Below, piece by piece: positions 51,825 through 64,000 of a DNA stretch of 64,000 bases (positions are counted from its first letter, which is position 1; each line of letters begins with the position of its first letter). This DNA comes from Octopus vulgaris (Eukaryota): positions 19,592,001-19,656,000 of the forward strand of contig OX597825.1 of assembly GCA_951406725.2 (NCBI GenBank), read 5' to 3'. Made by a program: the position numbers and the translations under genes. The notes beneath the pieces were generated by a model, which was not told the DNA's origin, made no database searches, and saw only the letters and a list, made by a program, of their open reading frames with translations.

Positions 51825-53667
51825 TGATTGATTGATTGATTGATTCTAGTTTCAGCTTATGAGCTGTGGCCATGCTGGGGCACCGCCATTTGGTGTTGCT
51901 ACTTGGTTTCACTTCATGGAGGCTTTCTAGCAACTGCTATTTGGTGCATGAGAGAGTTCGATGCAGCTGCCCTCATCTGCCCCTCCTGCCGTGAAGTTGG
52001 TTCATCTGGGACACCTGACAGGAAGAGATCCAGCTTCATTTTAAAGACATCTGTATCCACCCCATGCAGGTCTCTCAGGTTCTTCGGGAGGATATTGAAG
52101 AGCTGTGGGCCTCGGAAGCCCAGGCTATCACAGAATCTTGTCCTACATCTTGATGGCAGGTTTGGAGTCCTAGGCACCACGCAGTGGCGCCCAGTTCTGG
52201 TATTTGCGTAACTCTCGATGCCAAAGTTCAGGACACTTCCCTCCAGGATCTTACAGATGTATATTATGGCATATCTTTCCCGCCTACGCTCCAGGGAATA
52301 TAATTTTAATCTCTTGAGTCTTTCCCAGTAGCTTACATTCTGCATAGAGGCTATCTTCTTTGTGTAGCTTCGTTGGATCGCCTCAAGTTCTGTGATCAAC
52401 TTGACACTGGATGGTGACCATAGCTGAGAGCAATAGTCAAAGTGGCTTAGGACAAGTGTCTTCCAGAGGACCATCATGGTTTCTTGTTCTCTTGTTCTAA
52501 AGGTTCTAAGAATCCATCCAGCCAGCCGTCTACATTTCATTGTCAGTTTAGCAACATGTACATGAAAGGTCGCGTCATCACTCATGTGAATACCCAGGTC
52601 ACGCACTGATTGTGCCTCTGGGATTGCAATCCCTCCGGGTCCAGTGTATTCATTGGGTATTGCATTCAGTTTTGCATGCTGATAGTATAAAGCTTGAAAC
52701 TTTCCAGCATTGAACTGCATGCTATTCTTTTCAGCCCACTTGTATATTTCGTCCAGCTCACATTGCAGGTGTTTAGTGTCCTCAGGGTTCTGTATTGCCT
52801 GTGAAACTTTTGTATCATCTGCATAACTTGTGATCGTGGCTCTCTGCGTGGCTGAGGGCATGTCTGAGAGGGCCATTATGAACAGTAGTGGTCCCAGAAC
52901 AGTGCCCTGCGGAACACCGCTCACTATTTGTGTGTTAATGGAGGTGGCCCCATTGGCTACTACCACCTGACTTCTATCCTTCAGAAAGTCATGAAGCCAT
53001 TCTCCCAGTTTTCCAACTATGTTGAGATCACGCAGTTTGTGACATATCATTCCATGATCGACTTTATCAAAGGCCTTTGCAAAGTCGAGATATATCACTT
53101 CCACATTTGAGTGGTTGAGCAGCCGTTTCAGCACCCAGTCATAGTGTTGTAGGAGCTGAGTTAAACAGCTTCTCCCTGGTCGGAAACCATGTTGGGTGTC
53201 GGGCAGCAAGTCATTCTCTTCAAGGAAGGTGATCAGCTTCCTTCTGACTATTCGTCCCATGACCTTGCTGATGTGTGAGGTCAGAGAGATAGGTCTATAG
53301 TTCTTGGCTTCCGCTCTGCTACCTCCTTTATGAATGGGGCATATTTTACCTTCCTTCAGTTTTCCCGGAAGTTTGCCAGCTGCAAGGAAGCTCTGAAAGA
53401 GGAACTGCAGTGGTCTTGCTAGGACTCTCTTACATGCTTTTAGGAGGATTGCCGGGAATCCATCGGGGCCAGTAGCTGAGTCTGTTTTCATTTCATCTAT
53501 AGCCTTGGTTACATCGTCTTCCTTTATATCGATGTAATCTATCGTCGCCGCCTCTGCAGTGGTAAAAAAGTCCGTTGGATTGGTGATTTGGAGATGCCCA
53601 AGGGGTGGAGTGAAAACACTCTTGAATTATTTGAATTATGAAAAAACTCTTGAAAACACTCTTGAAT
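51825..53667 (-). mobile_element. CR1-clade LINE, 5'-truncated, young; same subfamily as 34242-35523
   Basis: (AATC)n tail, 3' UTR hairpin, uninterrupted RT frame, TA-rich repeats on both sides. Confidence 0.97.
51914..53491 (-). CDS. CR1-type ORF2 reverse transcriptase (no endonuclease domain; frame stays open upstream to about 53626, FKSVFT)
   Basis: [55 protein letters not shown]. Confidence 0.93.
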   Translation of the reverse strand: MKTDSATGPDGFPAILLKACKRVLARPLQFLFQSFLAAGKLPGKLKEGKICPIHKGGSRAEAKNYRPISLTSHISKVMGRIVRRKLITFLEENDLLPDTQHGFRPGRSCLTQLLQHYDWVLKRLLNHSNVEVIYLDFAKAFDKVDHGMICHKLRDLNIVGKLGEWLHDFLKDRSQVVVANGATSINTQIVSGVPQGTVLGPLLFIMALSDMPSATQRATITSYADDTKVSQAIQNPEDTKHLQCELDEIYKWAEKNSMQFNAGKFQALYYQHAKLNAIPNEYTGPGGIAIPEAQSVRDLGIHMSDDATFHVHVAKLTMKCRRLAGWILRTFRTREQETMMVLWKTLVLSHFDYCSQLWSPSSVKLITELEAIQRSYTKKIASMQNVSYWERLKRLKLYSLERRRERYAIIYICKILEGSVLNFGIESYANTRTGRHCVVPRTPNLPSRCRTRFCDSLGFRGPQLFNILPKNLRDLHGVDTDVFKMKLDLFLSGVPDEPTSRQEGQMRAAASNSLMHQIAVARKPP

Positions 53668-54223
53668 ATACATACATACATATATATTTATATACATACA
53701 TACATATATATATATTTATATACATACATACATATATATATATTTATATACATACATACATATATATATATATTACATATACATATATATATATTTATAT
53801 ACATACATACATATATATACATACATACATATATATATATTTATATATATATATATTATATATACATACATACATATATATATATTTGTATACATACATA
53901 TATATATATATATTTATATACATATATATATATATATTTATATACATATATATATATATATTTATATATATATATATATATATTTATATACATACATATA
54001 TATATATTTATATACATACATACATACATATAAATATATATATATTTACATATACATACATATATATATATATATATATACATATATATTTATATACATA
54101 CATACATACATATATATATATTTATATACATACATATCTATATTTATATACATACATATATTTTATATACATACATACATACATATATATATATTTATAT
54201 ACATACATATATATATATTTTAT

Positions 54224-54266
<43 letters not shown>

Positions 54267-54271
54267 GATAC

Positions 54272-54327
<56 letters not shown>

Positions 54328-54338
54328 CACACACAAAG

Positions 54339-54369
<31 letters not shown>

Positions 54370-54386
54370 AACACACATATATATGC

Positions 54387-54425
<39 letters not shown>
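53668..54425. repeat. TA/TACA/TG compound microsatellite
   Basis: Direct reading. Confidence 0.96.
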
Positions 54426-54429
<4 letters not shown>

Positions 54430-55311
54430 TCTGCGCAGTAATAACAGGAATATCGTGAAATTTGCGCATTTACAGAATATCATTATACTTATTCACACAC
54501 GTATGTAATTTGACTTAAGCAATAACATGGATTTCAGGATTTTGTAGGAAATATAAATTTGTAAATTTCTTATCTTTTCTTCCCCAAAAAAGTAATTTTT
54601 CATAGCCTACCTGTAACAAATCTTTTGACATAACACCAAATAAATGTCATTAGATAAAATAACTTCAATTTAAGAAAAAAGCTGTAGATAAAATACGTAA
54701 AGGGCAATATTTAGCAGATAGAGAAAGGTGAAATCTGAAATATATTAAACAGATGTATTGTGGTTGACTTAAATCTCGTAGGACACATAAGCATTGAAAG
54801 AATTTTGTTCAGTTATCCAGTAAACGTTTGCCACTATCATTAGTGTTTTTTTTTATTTGAAATATCACCTTTAAGTGGGACATGTTTATTGCTGCTTATA
54901 TATTTTCCTACGATAATATATTTGCAGCTTTATATGTTTCACTTGTGTCAAGACGATCTGATCGAAATCCTCGGCTGTTCCCTACATTCATCATAAAGAA
55001 GTGAAAATGAAATACATTTAATAACACCTTCTCGCAAATATTCATTTTTATTAAGTGTCACTCTTTAAAAAATAGCTCCGAGAAGAATCAGCTATTTTTC
55101 TTCCAAGTGAGTGGGGACCATTCTGTTACTCTTTCTGCAATAAGTTTATGTTGCTGCGTGTGTTGGTGTGTGTACGTATATGGGTGCATGTACGTACACT
55201 GCTTGATTCAAAATTTTGCTTGCAATTTGTGATAAATCCAATGTGACTAATTTCCCATTTCATGCTATCGATGCTGACCAAGAGAAAAGACGCGATATGA
55301 AAGCAGTGCTA

Positions 55312-55630
55312 GTGAAGGCGTGTGGCTTAGTGGTTAGGGGCATTCGGCTCATGATCATAAGGTCCTGAGTTCAATTCCCGGCGACGCGTTGTGTCCTTGA
55401 GCAAGACACTTTATTTCAAGTTGCTCCAGTCCACTCAGCTGGCAAAAATGAGTAGTACCTGTATTGTAGTACCTTGTCACACTTTGTGTAACGCTGTATC
55501 TTCCCGAGGACTACATTAAGGGTACACGTGTTTGTGGAGTGCTCAGCCACTTGCACATCAATTTCACGAGCAAGCTGTTCCATTGATCGTATCAGCTGGG
55601 GCCCTCGTCGTCGCAACCGACGGAGTGCTC
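55312..55630 (+). mobile_element. SINE, head C + tail 1, full length
   Basis: Homologous to 25962-26281. Confidence 0.93.
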
Positions 55631-56764
55631 CTTTTACTAGTTGAGAATTGTGTTGTTGACGGCTTAGGCTTATATAAGGCAAAGAACAGATATCACAAGT
55701 TCTTCTATTCGACATTCTTACACCGCCACGAATCTACCGCACTCCATTCGTACTTTTACATTGACCTTGATAGAATGTAATGCAATTCTGACTTCGGTGG
55801 CACTTTGGGCCAGAGCACAATGATTCAAAACAAACACCGGGAGACATACTATTTAACACGCTGTTGATTCTACCAGTGCGCCACCATTTTAGAGTGTACG
55901 CGTTTATATATATTACAGACATCAAATTTGGATTATTTTATTTATGATTTGCAATGAGGTCTGAAAAGTGTAATATCTTCTGCTTGAATGTGTCGAGAGG
56001 ACAGAAAAATCTTTGTATCTTGGTTGCACTTAACCAGACTGGAACCAATGCGATAAAAACACTTCTATCTTCGCAGCTCTCAAACGAAGAAAAAGTGTTT
56101 AAATCTATATTGATCTTTCCTTGTATCGGCGAATAAACTCACCATTTCCGTTTTTTTCTGTGATTTTCTGTCTATACACGGTTGCTCTATTCTACGCACA
56201 AAACGGCTAAGAGAATTTTGAATCAACTAGACTAAGAGGCCGGAATAACAAAATTAACCGATAGTTCTGCCATATTTAAGATCATACCTTCAAGTGATCC
56301 GTTTAAGTTATTGAAAGACACATAGTATATGTATTCAAGTAAAATGTTGTTTACGATTTAACCGTAGTGTTATGTTGCAATTTGAAATATTGCTTTCTGA
56401 TAGTGTAATAATTGACAAAATTACTTATACTTTGGTAAGGAAGAACTGAGAGTATATCATTAATATGTTTAGCAAAGCTAAATGTTGTATGAGAATGAAA
56501 TGACTAGCAACTGTGAATCAAAGGGTCAATCACTTGGAAATAATTGTTTTAAATTTAGGCACAAACACGCAATTCTAACGGATGAGAATTAGACGATTAA
56601 TCCCAGAGGGTTGAACAGCAAATTCTACCTCGAATTCATTGAATCTCAGAACATAGGCAGCAAATACACTAAATCGTTTAGTCCAACGTGCTACCGATTT
56701 TGTCAATACATTTCCCTTGTGGTTCTGGAATAATATCACAAATTGAAGATAGATTATTTGTTAT

Positions 56765-56925
56765 TCGCAGGAGTGGCTGTGTGGTAAGTAGCTTGTTTAC
56801 CAACCACATGGTTCCGGGTTCAGTCCCACTGCGTGGCACCTTGGGCAAGTGTCTTCTGCTATAGCCCCGAGCCGACCAAAGCCTTGTGAGTGGATCTGGT
56901 AGACGGAAACTGAAAGAAGCCCGTC

Positions 56926-56995
<70 letters not shown>

Positions 56996-57186
56996 TTGTG
57001 TGTCTGTGTTTCTCCCCCTAGCATTGCTTGACAACCGATGCTGTTTGGTAAAAGAGACCGATAGAATAAGTACTGGGCTTACGAAAGAATAAGTCCCGGG
57101 GTCGAGTTGCTCGATTAAAGGTGGTGCTCCAGCATGGCTGCAGTCAAATGACTGAAACAAGAAAAATAGTAAAAAAAGAGAGAGAG
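56765..57186 (+). mobile_element. SINE family A, nearly full length, young
   Basis: Near-identical to the 24259 copy apart from an internal deletion. Confidence 0.95.
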
Positions 57187-57709
57187 TAGTACCCAATGTG
57201 AAGTCTCCAGTACCAACATAGCAGTTAACCTTGATTGTACGATAGTCAAACATAGAGACAGAAACATTAAGCGAAGGGTAAATTCCCTGTAGTATGACCC
57301 CCACCATTCGAGAGTAGTGAGTAACCCATGTCTTGTCTATAAGTATACTAACGTCTGTATTTTATTTTCGTTGTGATATTTAATTGATTCAGCACTAATT
57401 GAACAAGCCATTTATTTTTTTAATAGATATATTTCAATGTGACGGATAGCCTCTATTTGTTAAGGTATAATGTAAGAAGTACTAAAGTAACCTGCATACA
57501 CAGTTGCTGCCTCTTTGAGACAATAAACCTGGGGTTGGGGAGGAATGGTTTGAGAAAAGCAAGTTGTGTGCTTATGTAGCAGCTTCTCTCATCGACAAGT
57601 GATGTGTGTATACCAGTTCAATTAGAATTTGGCTTGCTGACGGTGATAAATAGTGTTGCTAATACTAAATCATTATAGTGTTCCAATTTCCCGATCAAAT
57701 AAACAATCA

Positions 57710-57774
57710 TATATATATATATATATATATATATGCATATATATATGCATATATAACCCCACCATTTATTGATC

Positions 57775-57809
<35 letters not shown>

Positions 57810-57902
57810 GCATATATATATATGCATGTATATATATATATATATATATATGCATATATATATGCATCTATATATATATATATATGCATATATATATATG
57901 CA

Positions 57903-57981
<79 letters not shown>

Positions 57982-58037
57982 TCAATATATATGTGTAACT
58001 GTGATTCTGTACAGATGTACAACTTTACATGTATATT

Positions 58038-58093
<56 letters not shown>

Positions 58094-58100
58094 TACATAC
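57710..58100. repeat. (TA)n-based microsatellite
   Basis: Direct reading. Confidence 0.95.
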
Positions 58101-59129
58101 ATGTCAGTACGTACATTGCGTACGCCTGTATGTATACGTTCGTGCGTACGTTTGTATGCTTATGTGGTTGAGCAAATAGCGTACGTTTGTACGTATATGT
58201 ATGTGTGTGTGTATACGCATGTGTATGCGTTTGTACGATTGAGTGCTTCAGTTCTGGGATGAAGTGTAATACTGACAATTCATTTTCCTTTAAACTTCAA
58301 TCTCCTCGATTCTTCATCATTCCATTTATACTGCCTTTGCATTCATCGTTCCTAGTTTATTGGCTTTTATTAATAAAACATGAAGCTTTTAAGAGCTGTT
58401 CCGACTGCTTCCAATGTCTGATGAATGTCAACAGTGCGGTTAACGTTCACTCCTTTTGTTTAAATTGACTTTCATGCTTCCGTCGTCATCGTGATGAACT
58501 AGACAGCGATTTTATATATCCGTGCCTAATTTTCATTTCAAGGAATTGATTAGAGAGTAAAGAGCATGAAGGGAAATAAATTGTGACAGGTCCATACACT
58601 ATTATATTACAATTGAAATTATTTTCTATAAACATACTCAAAATTTTATCAGCTTGTCATTTTTCAAGATTCTCTCGCTTGAACGAAGCAAAGTAAAGCA
58701 TATTTCCCCGAGATTGTAAATGTAAACAGAAAATTATATGTATAGGTGTAGTGTGTATGAGTGTAAGCGTGTATGTTCATATATACAGTAAGACGTGTAT
58801 GTAAATATATAGAAATTATCAATCTATTTTCGAATTTTTATATGTTTATTCGCATATGCAACAGCCCCTGTTGCTAACCGTGAACTATAACATTAAATTT
58901 TTTCAGCCTTTCTTAATTCTGTACACGAAAAGTGCACAGCCTTTTGCGCCAATAAACCAGTGTTGTTCCTGATAGTGTTTTTTTATATCTTCTACGGATT
59001 GCTTGAAGCTCACTAACTTCCTACACTTTGATACTTGGATCTTACCTTTACATATCTATCTACCTGTCAGTCTGTCTGTCTGTCTCTCTCTCTCTGTCTA
59101 TGCATGTCTTTTTATCTATCTATATCTCA

Positions 59130-59166
<37 letters not shown>

Positions 59167-59249
59167 AGAAAGTGGCGATTGACGATATAAAGTACGTTTC
59201 TCAGCATATTGGGATAGGATACTTTTTCTTTTGCCCTTATTTATAATAC

Positions 59250-59748
<499 letters not shown>

Positions 59749-59894
59749 CTCCGTAAAGTTCTGGAAGAATTGGTCCTAAGCCTGAAATATTAAAATACGA
59801 GGTAATAGAAACGCCGGAAAATTCTTGAAATACCGAACCACAAGACCTACTAGAGGAAAACTTTGAGCGTCACAAAGCGTGACATCATATTAAC

Positions 59895-60060
59895 ACTCAC
59901 AAATGTTCAAAATGTCTTCTGCGCACTACGTGTCAGCGTTTTGATCAAGGAATTCAAACTTGTGTGACAATTTGAAGTGTAACTTGGGGGATATCATTCC
60001 AAACTATTATCAAGCTGTTTCCGTCCATAGCTTTCTTCCATGAGGTTGGGTTCACTCAGA
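59895..60060 (-). pseudogene. Possible Tc1/mariner transposase C-terminal relic
   Basis: LIIVWNDIPQVTLQ...RRHFEHL* resembles Tc1-family C-termini (WxxIP..GGHFEHL). Confidence 0.5.
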
Positions 60061-60147
60061 AGCAAATGTCCAATGCTCATTAGTACTACCGCATCGACCT
60101 GTATTTGTAATTTCTGTAACTTGGATTGTTTCAGAACTAGAAAGAAT

Positions 60148-60723
60148 ACTCTTTTACTCTTTTACTTGTTTCAGTCATCTGACTGCGGCTATGCTGGAGC
60201 ACCGCCATTATAGTCGAGCAAATCGACCCCAGAGCTTATTCTTTGTAAGCCGAGTACTTATTCTATCGGTCTCTTTTGCCGAATCACTAAGTTACGGGGA
60301 CGAAAACACACCAGCATCGGTTGTCAGGCGATGCTGGGTGGACAAACAGACACACAAACACACACACATATATTTATAGGGAGAGTTTACAAAAAAAAAA
60401 AACAAAAGACAAAGACAGATGGTGTACAAAACAAACAGATGTATTAGTATAACGCTCAGGAATAGAAAAAGTATTTTACGTTTCGAGCCAACGCTCTTCT
60501 ACAGAAAAGGACACAGAAAAAATAAGGAGAGAAACAAGGAGAGAAAAAAGTGTGTGTAGTGGCTTACGATCTACCAAATCCGTCTACCAAATCCACTCAC
60601 AAAGCTTTGGTCGGCCCAAGCCTATAGTAGAAAACACATGCCCAAGTTGCCACGTAGTGGGACTGAACCCGGGTCCATGTTGTTGGTAAACAAGCTACTT
60701 ACCACATAGCCACTCCTGCGCCT
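60148..60723 (-). mobile_element. SINE family A, split by a nested insert at about 60377-60572
   Basis: Tail and body at 60148-60376, head at 60580-60723. Confidence 0.92.
60377..60572 (-). mobile_element. Penelope-like terminal fragment with a variant hammerhead-like motif
   Basis: UUUU CUGUAGAA GAGC GUUG GCUC GAAACGUA AAA on the minus strand (60473-60509); its end matches 13570-13630. Confidence 0.55.
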
Positions 60724-61329
60724 ACCACACAGCCACACGCACACACAAACACACAGTACAGCATTATTTGCCGTGACATAGTATTGATTACCTGATCTTC
60801 TGCCATTCTGTATATTTCATAAATAACGTGTTTTTGTACCTGATGAAGTTGGGGATGATTGATATTTCAGCTCCTATATAAATCTCTATAGGTGGTTCTC
60901 TTGTAAAAATTGATGATTATGTCCTCTTCCTTTGTAAATTGAGTTAGGAAATCCATTAACAACGATATGCATTATGACTAGGCTGTCATTGGCTAAAGAA
61001 TATGTGGCCATTATCATTACAGAGTGTATCATATTTTGAGCCTTCCTCTGCACGAAGAGTTATAGGATGAAGATATGCTCTCCATAGCTGAAGAAGGTAC
61101 GAGACCCGAAGCTGCGGAACAACGTGTTCCTCACCTTCACCATTTAAAATTTTGGTTAACAGATCTAACAGAATGGGGCATACGTGCAAATGTAAGTATG
61201 TGCGAAAGAGCGGTTGAAGAATCGAAAATACCTGGCTTTTAAATAACTGTTTTATGTATGTGTGTGTTGGTTTCTCCTGTTCTGCGATTACGTGAATACA
61301 TACTCATGCATATAACTTATAAACACGCA

Positions 61330-61342
61330 CACATATACACAT

Positions 61343-61394
<52 letters not shown>

Positions 61395-61513
61395 GGATGT
61401 GTATATATATATATACACATCAATATATATATATACGTATACATATATATATATACATACACACATATATATACGTGTATATATATGTACATATCTGTAT
61501 ATGTATATATGTA

Positions 61514-61548
<35 letters not shown>

Positions 61549-61646
61549 TATGGAGAGAGAGAAAAAATACATATATATATATATGCATATATATGGAAGT
61601 GTTTGTGTTTGCATGTATATATGTGTGTATCTGCATATACATATGA

Positions 61647-61678
<32 letters not shown>

Positions 61679-61680
61679 TT
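61330..61680. repeat. (TA)n-based microsatellite
   Basis: Direct reading. Confidence 0.93.
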
Positions 61681-62455
61681 ATGGGGAAAATATATATTAA
61701 TATGCTTATAAGTATATGTGAGTACATATGCAAATATGTTTGTGAGTGTGTGTGTGTGCATGCGCGCACACATATATAAATATTTACAAATATACATACG
61801 TACGTGTGTATATATCTATACGTATAGAAGGAAACAAAATGTTGAAGAAACACCGTCAGATTAATGACTAGGTTAGTTTTCAGCTCTGCTAGAATTATGT
61901 CAGAAAACAAACAGTTTAAACACCTAATTGCTTAGATATTAATCTCGATTAAAACATTTGCTTTTTAAATTTATATTAGATTACGTTATGTGTAAGTAAA
62001 TGGTTCCTCTTTATCAAAGAGAAAGCATTAAAACATTAAATTTATATGTTGATTACAACAACATGTAATGAAATTGTAAGAGCGGAAGGAACATTTTCAA
62101 AAAATATTTTTTCGTTTAAATTAAAAGAGGAGTGATATACCATGAACTGAACAATGGTAATGTTCTTCGATGATGGAATATTTAGATAGACCCTTCTGTT
62201 TAACATAACATTGATCTGCATAATGCGGTTAGCATATTTTTTTTAAAAATTTTGATTCTACTTTGTCATGCTTGCATTAAAAACGAAAGTAGAGGATAAA
62301 GATAATGTGATGAAAGCCACAACAGTTTTTACATACATCAAGTACACATGAATGTATTTCCATATGCACATCATATCCGTAAACGCAAACAAAACACACA
62401 CGTATATATAAGGAATATATACATATGATATATATACATATGATATATATACATA

Positions 62456-62517
<62 letters not shown>

Positions 62518-63519
62518 CTTTGTGTGTGTGTATGTACGTATTTGCGTATATATACATGCAAACATGCACGCATAGAGACATTGTCCAGAAATATATTCTT
62601 ATATATATATGTTGCTTTATGTTGTCGTGAAGTTACATACGTTCACACACATTCCTATATATGACAATATCTATATTTATATCGATTTTTGATACATTCA
62701 CACATGCTTCCATACATTTATACGTACGTACATACCTACCTACATTAATCCCTACACCAATATCTGATGAATGACGTCAACTCGTGGCTGTAAGACCACT
62801 TCTTAAAATCAGTAAGTCCGTACAAACTTTCGAACAGTCCAAGATGTTCATGTGCATGAAGTTGTGTTGAGTGGCCTCAGTGTAGCACACCACTGAACCA
62901 GCTGTTTGACGCAACGAAATATAACACCAGTGCCACAACCGTTGTTAAGAGTACTAGCAACCAATTGCCCTTCAGTTTATATGTATGTACGGGGTTATCA
63001 TGAAGGATGTTCTAGCGTGAAATATGTGTCCTTTACTTCCAGTGAATAACTCATCTCTAATTAATGCATAGCTGGGGATATAACAGGTGCCATTACTCCG
63101 TGTCAGGGACGACCTAGGAAATTTTGCACTCTCTTAAGCCACTGGCCAAGAGGTATTTCCACATTCCTTTAAAACCCAGCAACTCACGTACCAGGGTTCA
63201 TCTAACGGATGCAGTTTAAAACTATAACCTGAACATATGAATGCACATCGACATACCTAAATACAGACGAATCAACGTAACTCATGTGACAAGCTAGACC
63301 ATTGAATTCTAGGTGCAATCTGTCCATGGCTTCCAAGCCACTTTGCAGCCATCTTGTATCCCCCCTCAACTCTTTCCTCCCATTTTCTCACGTTTGCAAT
63401 ATTGTGGGATCGAATATGACACCTCATGTTTGAAAAGCGAAACTTCTTAACAACTCAGCAACGCATACATCCTCATACACACATGTGCATGACGCATGCA
63501 TATACACACACCTACCTAT

Positions 63520-63747
63520 CGACATACATACATACATACATACATACATACATACATACATACATGCATATAGGCATGCGTGCATACATATATACATACA
63601 TACATGCATACATACTTATATACATACATGCATACATACATACATGCATACATACATATATATACATACATGCATACATACATGCATACATACATATATA
63701 TACAAACGTGCATACATACATACATACATATACATATATGCATAAAA

Positions 63748-63797
<50 letters not shown>

Positions 63798-63800
63798 GCA
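63520..63800. repeat. (CATA)n/(TA)n microsatellite
   Basis: Direct reading. Confidence 0.96.
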
Positions 63801-64000
63801 TCATCGTTGCTGTTAATGTGAGATGCTCTTAATGTTGGTATTTATGTATGAAACACTTAATGGGAAATCTATTTGATAAGATGATGTTATTAACTTAATT
63901 TCGTTTTATTTATGCATTTTCCTCATATCGCTATATATAATTTTAGATCAATCTCTGCATGATGCTGGATTACTCCAATTTTCTCTCTGGTGTTTCCTTT

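Noticed and set aside
58250-58490. Possible Tc1 fragment on the minus strand (KANKL..WNDEE)
   Set aside because: Similarity is too weak to support by eye.
59749-59890. LRKVL peptide after (GATA)n as an R4-like 3' end
   Set aside because: A five-residue match only, with no downstream target repeat.
62780-63360. GC-richer block with GRPR as a LINE remnant or exon
   Set aside because: No collinear motifs and stops in all frames.

Overview
AT-rich, gene-poor eukaryotic DNA (intronic or intergenic). The repeat families point to an octopus/coleoid cephalopod genome; this is inferred from recognisable tRNA-derived SINEs, not from a search. No host protein-coding gene can be supported. Almost all long ORFs in the track are artefacts of (TA)n, (CA)n, (TAA)n, (TATG)n and (GATA)n microsatellites. 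Real coding signal is transposon-derived: three CR1-clade LINE reverse-transcriptase copies (one open for about 570 codons), three decayed RTE LINEs, R4/Dong-like fragments sitting in (TAA)n, and Tc1/mariner relics. There are about 30 tRNA-derived SINE copies from several families, two Helentron-type non-autonomous elements and a MITE. Most notable: (1) several unrelated short non-coding elements carry Penelope-type minimal hammerhead ribozyme motifs, including a tRNA-headed SINE with a hammerhead in its body, a 340-bp palindrome with a hammerhead on each arm, and one hammerhead with an apparently intact core; (2) a repeat/variable-spacer array at 50.0-51.2 kb whose conserved linkers look like introns; (3) a covarying 3' hairpin shared by the CR1 LINEs and the dominant SINE, with different retroelements occupying different microsatellites.
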